Source of the DNA: Lingula anatina
Lineage: Eukaryota; Animalia; Brachiopoda
Length of the DNA: 64,000 nucleotides
Direction: 5' to 3'
Assembly: GCA_051362555.1 (NCBI GenBank)
Contig: CM120643.1
Span: 27,594,848 to 27,658,847 of the forward strand
Numbering within the stretch: the first letter of the stretch is position 1; the number at the start of each line of letters is the position of its first letter. Positions 51,301-61,439 of the stretch are shown piece after piece. Made by a program: the position numbers and the translations under genes. Under the pieces are notes generated by a model that worked only from the letters and a program-made list of their open reading frames with translations, was not told the origin of the DNA and made no database searches.

Positions 51301-52334
51301 TGACATTATTTACACATTTTATGCTGGTGACTTCCTGTCAGTCAAATTCTCACATGAAAGTAAACAGCATGCAACAAATTATATCACTCTTCTAACATTG
51401 CTTTGAAGAATGCACGTTTTGTGTTTGGTGGGTGGTCCGGTTTTTTGGGTCATCGTCAACTCCTCCTCGGCGATGTAAGCCCGTTCTTTTTTGAAAATTG
51501 GCGACAGATACATGCACGGGTCAAGGCCAACGGTCGTGTTGATGTGAGTGACCAGCGTGTGACCATACTGAGATGCGCAATGCAGTGCAACACAGCGCGA
51601 AACACAGGGAAAAAAAACGACTCCGGACGCGAGTAAACAATGGAAACGGTCAATCGCAAGAAAATAAGGTGATATGAAAGTGAAATATATTGCCTCGTAC
51701 ATGTAATTGACAACGTTGACCAAACTTTACAAACCGTTACGTTTTCTTTTTTAGGAATATTCGGGTCGTCCGCCATATTAAAAACTCCAAGAGCTACTAC
51801 TGGTAGAACATATGTGTGACCATTATTGGATATCATTATTTATATTCAAGTGCAGCATTAAGTCTTCAACAAACGGATAATTAATAATCTAGGTGCAGGG
51901 AAGTGTATCAAGGAAGTGTACATTTATAAAGCAAAGATGATGTATAGATAAATAATAATCAATATAACCTGTTTTGTCCTAAAGCGATTTACTCATTTCC
52001 TACCATTACACTTGGCAATTTTCTTTCCATCATGAATTATTCAAATCAAATTACAGCGAGTGTAAATCTATTTGTAAAGTAACTGTTTCTTAATGGACAA
52101 TCCTCTTAAAAAGAAACAATAGCTAAGCTTTCGCTAATGGAAAATAAATAAAAACTTCCAGATACATTTCCTCCACAGGTAACTCGATTGTAAAAGTAAT
52201 TTTCTGCCGAGTGCAAAAATTATTTTTACTTACAATGAAAAACATTTTCACTGAAGGAAAACATCTAGGAAATTTCAAGTACACAATTTCCAAATTACCT
52301 CGTGTTAATTTTCCTCACTTCAGCTCATGTAATT

Positions 52335-52553
52335 TACACCCCATTTCCATAGATTAGATCGACCTACTTTAGATCGACCTAACTCCCTGGGGATTCATGC
52401 TAAATAGCTGTCAGCCGGGCGGACACGAAAGATAATTACCCCCTTACAGCTTGTAGTAGGCGGGACGGACATTTAAGTCGGATTATCTGAAAGTAATCTA
52501 GTGAGACTCCCCGCGGGGATAGATCGATCTAAAATCTATGTGAATAGAGCCTT
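52335..52553. mobile_element. ~220-bp MITE-like insertion present only in duplicate copy 1
   Basis: Absent at the homologous site ~62280. Imperfect inverted ends (CATAGATTAGATCGA / TCGATCTAAAATCTATG), TTACAC on both sides. Confidence 0.65.
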
Positions 52554-52731
52554 ACACGCCTCTTTTTCTTTCCAACATACTTGTATATTCACCGGCTTTT
52601 CTATACATATATTTTTCCAACGCCAGGAGGAGGCGTGTTAGCTTCTTAATCTGATTACATTCAGCGAGAGTCCCCGTGCACACTAGCTATTGCGACCTAA
52701 CTCATGATGAACGGACCTTCAGATGTGACAG

Positions 52732-52803
52732 CCCACAATGCCGCAGTCTACAGTGCCCACAATGCCGCAGTCTACAGTGCCCACAATGCCGCAGTCTACA
52801 GTG
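52732..52803. repeat. 24-bp tandem repeat x3 in the ZP gene 3' region
   Basis: CCCACAATGCCGCAGTCTACAGTG x3. Only one copy at the paralogous site ~62411. Confidence 0.9.
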
Positions 52804-52928
52804 GTCTTGAAATCATGCGATTAACCTGGTAGTTTTCAGAGACATTAACATCTAGATTGATTGGGTTCGATTGTATCTGCGCTTAACAACGAAAATGAAC
52901 ACTTTAAGAAATGTCCCACACGGACAAA

Positions 52929-54566
52929 TCACATCATAATATCATGGCCGACATACGTCACTACCCTCTGGCCATGTGTGCTACGCCCGTGCATCGACGC
53001 CTGGATGACTGGAGTGGCTACAACAACAAATGCAATAATGCTGCACGCGAAAGCAACTCCCCCCGAGGCTTCAGGATCTAGGGTAAAAGTAATAAAGTAT
53101 TAAACGTTTACTTAAGAATCTAGGGTAAAAGTAATAAAGTATTAAACGTTTACTTTAGAATCTAGGGTTAAAGTAATAAAGTATTAAACGTTTACTTTAG
53201 GATCTAGGGTTAAAGTAATAAAGTATTAAACGTTTACTTTAGGATCTAGGGTAAAAGTAATAAAGTATTAAACGATTACTTTAGGATCTAGGGTTAAAGT
53301 AGCACTGTATACAATGATAACTCTACGTTGAAATGCAGGGTAAAATTAACAAAGTATGCAACGTTTCTTTTTTTAAGTTCACGAGTAAAAGTAACAAAGT
53401 GTACAGTGTGTACATTTAAAGGATAACAAATGTTCATTTTGGCCAAAAAATGAAATTTCCTGGGATTAACGACAATTTTCCCATACTTACTAATGGTTAA
53501 TGAATCCATTTCTACATTCAAAGTTAATACTTGGGTTTTTTTTTGTTTTTTTGTTTTTTTTTTTTTTTTTGTAATATCTCTTAATGGGATGAATCCTTAC
53601 CTCGCTTAGGCTGGAAGGGTCCCTGTGTGACGATATAGGTAGAGGAGGAGGCACCACTGACATCTCTGCGCCCTCTGGCGGGAGTCTGACAGCTCGTGGA
53701 ACACGTCGTGTCACTCTGCATACATACCTGCATCTCACAGTGGAGGTACACCTACAGATGGGGTGACAGGAGAGAACGCCGTGATCCGCAGGGTGAGCTT
53801 CTGTATACATTTAATGACGCCATGGGTGAAATTAAATTTTGGACTCGATATTCGAAATTGTTATATTCAAACAACGTTTCCTTTTACATAGTTTTGACCT
53901 TAAATATTTTACAATACATTCCAATATTTTACAACACACTCGATATATACAAAACTGTAAAAACTTTTTGTAACCTGTTTTGCGTTACTTTTACACTAGC
54001 ATTCATTGGAGACAATCTTTATATGATGATTATTACATTGGCATCATGCATCCATATATTTTAACCAAGAAGTTGTAACTTATTGGTTTAACACACCACT
54101 CGTGTCTTTATACAACAGTAGCTCCTCGTGAGAGGTAAAGAAAGATGTCACAGTGCCGCCGAGGACAGAGACTGCTCTTTATCCCTGGGACTTACTTGTT
54201 CTATATCACTGCTCTTTATCTCTGGGACTTACCTGTTCTATATCACTGCTCTTTATCTCTGGGACTTACCTGTTCTATATCCCGTACAAAGTAGAACGCT
54301 GGAAATCCAAATAATATTTCAGTGGAGTCGTTGCTAGGATACATGGTCAGCTGCTTCAGAACGGGACAGCTGGAATGTACAAGTTGTGAGACAGCGAGGC
54401 GTAATGGTAGGCGCCATGAGAGGTGGAATAAAATCTGTTGTGTGCAGCCATGCAATATCAACTAACACAAAACACGCCAGTTTGTTAGTTTGTTTTTTAA
54501 AAGAGTTTTTAAATACGTTTTTAAAGAGTTAAAACTCTAAAAAGGCATGTAAGCCAGTTTGAATGT

Positions 54567-54597
<31 letters not shown>

Positions 54598-57500
54598 GTA
54601 ATTTAATTATGTTGAATTCCTAACATAATTGAAAGTAAAAACGAACCATCAGTTTTGTTTGTTGGTTTTTACGTTGACATCGATTTCATTTATTTTTGAT
54701 GACTTTATCTATTGATAAAATCTATTGATAAAATTTCAGTGGTTTCAGTGGCCTTGTGCCATACGTACCAATCGTCAATAAGTTTCACGGCTTCAGATGA
54801 AAACGGACTAAGAGAACTTGTTGCTTTACAACTGTCTGCCCTCAGCGCCAGGCCGGACATGTTGGCTGCAGCCAGCCTCACGCCCAGACGGATGTATATC
54901 TGGTCCTTCAGGTCCACGGACAGCGGGTAGTCGTCCGGCTGGTACGGTACTTTAAACTGGACGCCATGGTACTGCCCCAGACTAAACGTCAGGTTACCTG
55001 TCCAGAAAAAAAAAACGCGACAACTTGCACTCAGTAAAGAATTATCAACCCAGCATCATTTGTTCAAGTTTATGTTGACAATATCTTTTCATTGTCAATT
55101 GACTTGTTGTCAAAAGACGTGTTCGTCGTAGCATGCAAAGAAGAGATTTAACGCGTTGAGATAGTGTAATAGCGTTTATAGCAGCCTATGGACTGGGGAT
55201 GCATTTTTTTCTGCGTTGATATCAATTTTATCAATAGATAAATGATTACATTTTGTCAATAACAAAACAGAACAACTGGTCAATCATAAAAAAAGGCTTA
55301 CCATATCCATGCTCCAGAACATTCATGGTTCGGAAATGTGGCTTGTAAGAGATGGACAGGAGTTCCTTGCGGTCATATTTGCACACCGTGAGTACCGTGT
55401 TGAGATAATTTTCAAAGGGCACGGACACCTGTTGCTGGACTAGGGAGCAGCTCTTGATGAAAATCTCATTTTCGAACACGACAAAATCTTTGGTCAACCG
55501 AGCTGAAGTGCCGCACGTGTCAAGGCTAAAGGTGAACAAGATGTGACTTGAATTGTCCTTCCCGGTACATTGTGGGTCTCGGAGATGGGCGACAAGGTTT
55601 ATGTCACCTGCCAGTGGGCCAACGACATCGCGCGCAACGGCAACCATTATGGTATTTGCACTGCAGTGGGATTCGGCGTAACTGATTTGCACATAAGGAG
55701 CTCTAGTTTGCTGACGGATCCCCAAATTATTCGTTTTGTCGGAAATATCAACAATTGTCTCCCTCTTTGTAGTTGTAAGTGTTTTTGATTCTGAAAAATA
55801 CGCAAAAACACAGGAAACAAGTGTGTGCAAATATCGGAACAAGTCATTGGCAATATTGTGTCAGAAATTCTGTTTAAAAGCCCAAGCGTTCACAAAGGAA
55901 AAAAGAACCCCCATGTTCACTATACGTGAAAATTGGTCCATCAGGTCTGGTAGGAAAAACGTTTTGAAATGAACATGCTACTCCATATTTGCGAGTGTAA
56001 ATATTTTAAGTGTTATAATCCCCAAATGTCCCAAATGAATAACTTTTGGGTCCCCTAACTTCATATTCCTTGCCGTTATGTCATGATTTAAACACTTAAA
56101 TGGGGACTTTTTTTCTATCAATATAGGGAGTTGGCCAGCCAATAGGGGCAGTCTTCTCTTGTGACCTTGACCGTGACATTGACAATTGACTTGTTGTCAA
56201 AAGATTTGTTCGTTGTAGCATGCAAAGAGAAGATTTAACGCGTTCAGATAGTGTAATAGCGTTTATTGCAGCCTATGGACCGTGGATGCCTTTTTTCTAC
56301 GTAAATATTCATTTTCTCAACAGATAAATGATATAAAACTGGCGGAACTCAAAAATAAATTTTTTCTGCCCCCCCCCCCCCCAAAAAAAAAACTCCCAAA
56401 ACTGAGTGTTACATTTCTTTTTACTTGAGTGTACATGTAAGCAGTCTTCAATATTTATGATTTAGGAGTCTATTTAACAAAGTCTACGGACGTAATTTAC
56501 ATTCGCAATTCGTCGGTCGTCTTCCTAATACCTTGATTTGTTACAGGTGCCACTGTTGCCGTGGTTGTTGTTTTCCATATAAATTGCCCTTCGTCTCACG
56601 TGTCCACCAACACATCCCACTGGCAGACACCGGTGTTATTGTTATACATCAACAATGGTGGGTACTGGTATCGAACCCAGACCAAAAAGTTGCAGATATA
56701 GAAGCCTCTGCAGTCTTCAGTGTCCACAGTTTTTAAGCCTACTTTAAAGCAAGGCTTGTGTCTGTGTCTTTGTCTATGTCTTTTACAGGGTCAAGTCTTT
56801 CCGTAATACCAATAGAGTGCTCATTAATTTCTGCAGCCAACCAGGTCACAAAGTATTGCAACACTGTACTGTATATCTGCAGGTCTTAAATTGCTGCGGC
56901 TACTGTGTCACATTAACTTCTAGATTGTAGACTATTTTACCATCAATTTGGATTTACAGTCTTTTAGTGTACATGTATAACCAGACTTTTAAAATGTCAG
57001 CTTTGATTTTAAAGGTGAAAGTATCTACATGGTAACATATACAATAAGGATGACGTTCATAACATGAAACTTAACACGGTTGGACTGCACAAAAATCATC
57101 ATATACGATCATTAAAACAATTCAACAGTCAGATAAACGATAATGCAGGTAACAAGGTATGTATATTTCAGTTCAATGTTTGTAAAATTTTATATAAGAA
57201 AATGTATTTTAAAAAATCAGTCGGTTTTGTTTACTAACTTGGAGGTGAGGTTGACGTGATCCGAGTCCCATCTCTAAGACAGTCTTTGAAGAGGCCTCGC
57301 CAGCGACAAGATCCCATGGTCTCGTTGAAGAAGAACTGATCCGGGCACTGCAGAATACTCCCCTCCACGTCCGCGCGGTCACAGATACTGAACAGGGAGC
57401 AATTCTTGGCTACAGCAAAGATGCCAGCTCGCGGACAGGTGAAAGCTCGTTCGGGTGCCATGTCGGCACGGTATCCTGTAAAATAGGTGCGGTGGCATAA

Positions 57501-60219
57501 TCTGTAGGTCTGGTTTTGGTGAATTATTGTTGACAGGGTATAATTAAGCCCCAGTGGCATTTGATCATGTTTTTGTGGCCAAACTTGTGAACTTAATTGA
57601 AAAGAGGAGCTGTAAAAGCAAGTTTCATTTGTTCAACAAATATTTCATTCAAACTGATATGATCGTTGACAGATTTAACGCCGTAGTGAATAAGAATGGT
57701 AATTTCTAATAATAACAGGCCCGCCATCGTGATAAGAAAGAGTTTTTTTTTACGGAAGACTCAGTGCGGAGACCTTCCCCAGTTTTTCTTCTATTACCTA
57801 GAGTTGTGGTCGATGTCACTTTTGTTGTTGTTGTTGTCCATATAAACTTCCCTTTGTCGCACGTGTCCACCAACACATCCCACTGGCAGGCGCCCGTCTT
57901 AATGTTATACATCAACAATGGCGGGCACTGGTATCGAACCCAAGCCAAATTGATGCAGATATAGAAGCCGCTGCAGTCTTCAATGTCCACAGTCTTTAAG
58001 CCTTCTTTAAAGCAAGGTTTTCCCGTGGTGGTCGGAGCACGCGTGGTAGTGATTCTTTTTGTTGTTCTTCGCCAGGGGTTCCACTGTGTAGGCTTCGGCG
58101 TGGTTGCTGTACAAAGAATGGAAAGTGTTTATATTAGCGTAAAAATAACAATGTGTGACATCTAAAAGATTGCATTATCCCGCAATGTTCAATACCAATA
58201 GATTGCTTATTACTTGCAAAAAAATCCACAAGTCTATTTATCTGCTCATTTGTTTGTTTATTTGTTAGTACATGTAAGTTGGTTAGTCGGTTAGTTTATT
58301 CTTAAGAATTTTTTAAGTTTGCAAGTTAATTTCAAAAACTAACATCGACACTATGGCAAAGCAATGAATTGATCTTTTCAGTGGGTACAAATATCAAGTT
58401 TCATGTGCATTACTTGATCATATCGTTCCTTTGTGTTTGCAATATGTTTTGTATGTGTTGGATTTATTTTAGTTCGCAAGCCTTTGCTTTAGTCAACAAA
58501 ATATCTGCAGTCTTGGATGTGGAAACACATCTCCGGAACTATTGAGTCCCATTAACTTTTAGATTGTAAGATGTTTTACCATCAATTTGGATTTACAGTA
58601 TTTCAGTGTATAACCAGACTTTTAATATTTCAACATATGCTGTAAGGATAATGTTCATAACGAGAAACTTAACACAGTTGGACTGCAAAAAAAAAAATAT
58701 ATATATATATATATATAAGTACATCGTTTGTAAACATATAAACAGGAAATGTATGAAAATTAAACCAGATCTGTTCACTAACTTGGAGATGGTTTTGACG
58801 TGATCCGAGTCCCATCTCTAAGGCAGTCTTTGAAGTGGCCTCGCCAGCGACAAGATCCCATGGTCTCGTTGAAGAAGAACTGTTCCGGACACTGCAGAGT
58901 TTTCCCCTCCACGTCCGCGCGGTTACAGAAGTTATACAGGGAGCAGTTTTTGACGACAGCAAACATGCCTGTTCGCGGACAAATAAAAGGTCCTTCGGGC
59001 GCCATGCCAGCACGGTATCCTGTAAACAAGGTGCGGTGAATTTATACGCAGGTCTAGTATGTACGGTATAAATGTATAGTTAATTGCATAAGATTGTATA
59101 TGATCATGTATTTCACCACACTTTTAAACTTTTTATATGAACAGTTCTACAAAATGCAGTGAACAAGAGTTCTCAATTTTTTTGTAGAAAATTACAATTT
59201 ATAACATAATCGTGGCGAAAAAGGTCAAATCCAAGGTTGCAGTAAGACTGTGAATATAAGACTTCCCATCCAAGTTCAATAGTAAATATAAGTGCTTGAA
59301 AATTTGTAAAGTGCGGCGTAATGGTGAAAAGTAAGTCAAAGGTCAAGTTCAAGTTTGCAGGAAGACTGTCAATTTATGAGTTTCATTCAGGTTCAACAGT
59401 AATTATGGGCATATCTCTGCCAGTTTTAGAGACATAAGGGACGGAAATTTTTTGCAAACTTTTGGTAAAAAGAAGGCCAAAGGTTAAATTTAATGTCACA
59501 GGAAGACTGTCAATATATGAGTTCTTATTCGGGTTCAATAGTACTTATGGGCATATCTCTGTCAGTTTTAGAGATTTAAAGGACAGAAATTTTGCAAACT
59601 TCAGTTCATGGTAAAAAAGAAGGTCAAATTCAAGGTCACAGGAAGACTGTCTATATATACCCACCGTGAAGGGTACACACCCCGTCCTCTATGAGCCTGG
59701 TAGCCGAGATGCAACCCACAGCATCCTGAGAGAAGAAATACCCCAGTGAGCAGGAGTACGTCCCCACCAGCTGCCCGTAGCGACACTCGTAGTATTTGAT
59801 ACAGCTGACATCGTCTTTGTAGAAGTAGTCCTTCTTCCCGGAACAGTCGAACACGGCTTGGGAAGTCGGCAGGGTGAAGGCTAGGGAAGAACGAGGATTT
59901 AAAATAAAAATCTGAGTGAAGGCTTTGGCAAATTGCAAGATAGCAAAAAAAAAAAAAAAAAAAAATGAATGAAAAAGTCAGTCGTTAGTCGTTACTTCTG
60001 ACACATGTCTTTGCTGTTAATATACCGGTACACTATTCGGTGTAGTGTGTGATGCTTATGTATTTATTAAACACATTTATGAGAGAGAGTGAGAGAGAGA
60101 GAAAGTACGCATATGTATATACATGTATTTCAATACCATATATATATTAAGTTAAATAGCTAAAATGATGAGACAAAACACTTACCTGTCACCACTGCCA
60201 GCACCAAAAAATGTTCCAT
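52929..60219 (-). CDS. Peritrophin-A (CBM14) chitin-binding x4 + zona pellucida (ZP) domain protein with furin site and hydrophobic tail, ~716 aa
   Basis: Exons (minus): 60219-60186, 59880-59665, 59019-58783, 58106-57798, 57475-57239, 55790-55302, 54997-54769, 54369-54270, 53751-53601, 53077-52929. Total 2151 nt, phases consistent. Kozak GCCGCCATGG; signal MEHFLVLAVVTAFTLPTSQA; CBM14 patterns such as SCIKYYEC..SCSLGYFFS..GC and NCSLYNFC..QCPEQFFFNETMGSC; ZP-N CSANTIMVAV..FSLDTCGT..FENEI..CKY; ZP-C YPLSVDLKDQIYI..DSCKAT..CP..FGFPAFYF..VYLHCEMQVC..CSTSC; RGRR. Confidence 0.85.
53074..53298 (-). repeat. 42-bp minisatellite containing six copies of the terminal-exon acceptor
   Basis: GGATCTAGGGTAAAAGTAATAAAGTATTAAACGTTTACTTTA, CTAG at 53078, 53120, 53162, 53204, 53246, 53288 (minus: TTTTACCCTAG|ATCC). 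Confidence 0.95.
54174..54281 (-). repeat. 37-bp x3 repeat spanning a ZP exon donor
   Basis: GCTCTTTATCTCTGGGACTTACCTGTTCTATATCACT x3 (minus: GATATAGAACAG|GTAAGTCCC). Confidence 0.93.
56532..56757 (-). pseudogene. Decayed fifth CBM14 exon (pseudoexon)
   Basis: Paralog of exon 58106-57798 with TGC->TGA at 56596-56598, another Cys->Tyr, and loss of the 5' part and its acceptor. Confidence 0.8.
59215..59652 (-). repeat. Degenerate inverted copies of the 146-bp satellite in a ZP gene intron
   Basis: TTCAGTTCATGGTAAAAAAGAAGGTCAAATTCAAGGTCACAG and ATCTCTGCCAGTTTTAGAGA are reverse complements of the 38.5-40 kb unit. About 3 copies. Confidence 0.85.
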
Positions 60220-61439
60220 GGCGGCTGAAAAGGATAGATAGTGAAGCTTAAAGTTTGAAATGTATATCAATTGGTTACCTCAAACTCAACTTCGTGTTTA
60301 TTTTTAGACATCTTAATTCTATTTACTTTTTACAAAGGCTGTACCAGGTTCTGTTGTTAGGGGTTTTTCTTCCAAGAAGACATCAATTCAAAAATTATTC
60401 ATATATTCAAGGACATCAGACAGCTCATAACGCCATAGATACGAGGAAACAAATAACTTGCGCGTTCCTAAATTAGACCGTTTACTGCTAGGAGACCGTC
60501 CGGCATTCACAAATAAGTTAGGTTGGCCCTTCTGGTTTGTTACTACCCTTTTATATCAGAACCCCATTAAAATACTACACAAAATCACACTGTGGGGATT
60601 TCAACATTTACGTAACAGGCTACTAGCGTACCACGTGGTTTCTTACCACCTGTGCTCAACGTATGAGGTTCAGACCAAGAAAGATCGGTTCAACTTAAAC
60701 GAGCCTTAAACCTTGGATTTATGCCCGGGCGCGTTCTATGACCCGTTTGGAGACGTGACGTTATTGATCAAGAGTTGCAAGTACTGACTACGAATATATA
60801 CGAATCTGTTAAGAACTTCACGAACTGATTACGATTCAACCACGGATCCTGAAATTTATCAATTCCTGGCGATTCGTGGGACTCGTGGTCTGTTTGAAAT
60901 AGGGGCATAATGCTTTGCACAAAAACAAAATCTGCGTTTGTTACAGTGTATGTAAATTAATGTATGCACACGTTTTTAGTTGTAAAGGTGCGCGCGTGTA
61001 TCCGAACGTGTTTCTGTATGTATGTATGTATGTATGTGTGTATGGGCGGATGGGCGGATGGGTGGGTGGATGGGTGGATGTGTTAAAACTAGCGTTTGTG
61101 TTTGACTGCACAATGATTCAGTAATGTATTTTACTGAATGAAAGTCCCCTTGAGCAGCAAGGGGGTGTTGAAGCTTTGTGTGCGTTTCTTTTGTGGAAGC
61201 TTTTTCACTTGAGTGCGAACTAAAACTAAATCATGCCATGTTATTTAAATAATTACACATATTTTAATATAAATGTGTTTTGATTTTTTAATGTCAGTGG
61301 TGGATGCGTACAGATGATAACAGAGGCGGAATAATCAACATTAATACGCAATAAGCCGAACTAGGTGTTACGTATTTCACCAACGCCACCGTATCTCACC
61401 CTGCACAATAATTTACTATCCAACCATTCACCGATGCTG

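Larger units (their letters stand above)
51440..53945. repeat. Segmental duplication copy 1 (3' end and downstream region of the ZP gene), paired with 61440-64000
   Basis: Colinear similarity at ~10-kb offset, e.g. ATGCACGGGTCAAGGCCAACGGTCGTGTTGAT at 51512 and 61501, and TTTTACAACACACTCGAT near 53930 and at the window end. Confidence 0.93.

Noticed and set aside
51379-51836. ORFs shared with 61361-61801 (MADDPNIPKK..., MVNVVNYMYE...)
   Set aside because: Indels between the two copies break the frames; similarity is explained by the segmental duplication.
56596-56598. TGA at a conserved Cys as possible selenocysteine
   Set aside because: The same exon has another Cys lost and no acceptor, the Cys is structural (disulfide), and I saw no SECIS. 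Decay is the simpler explanation.
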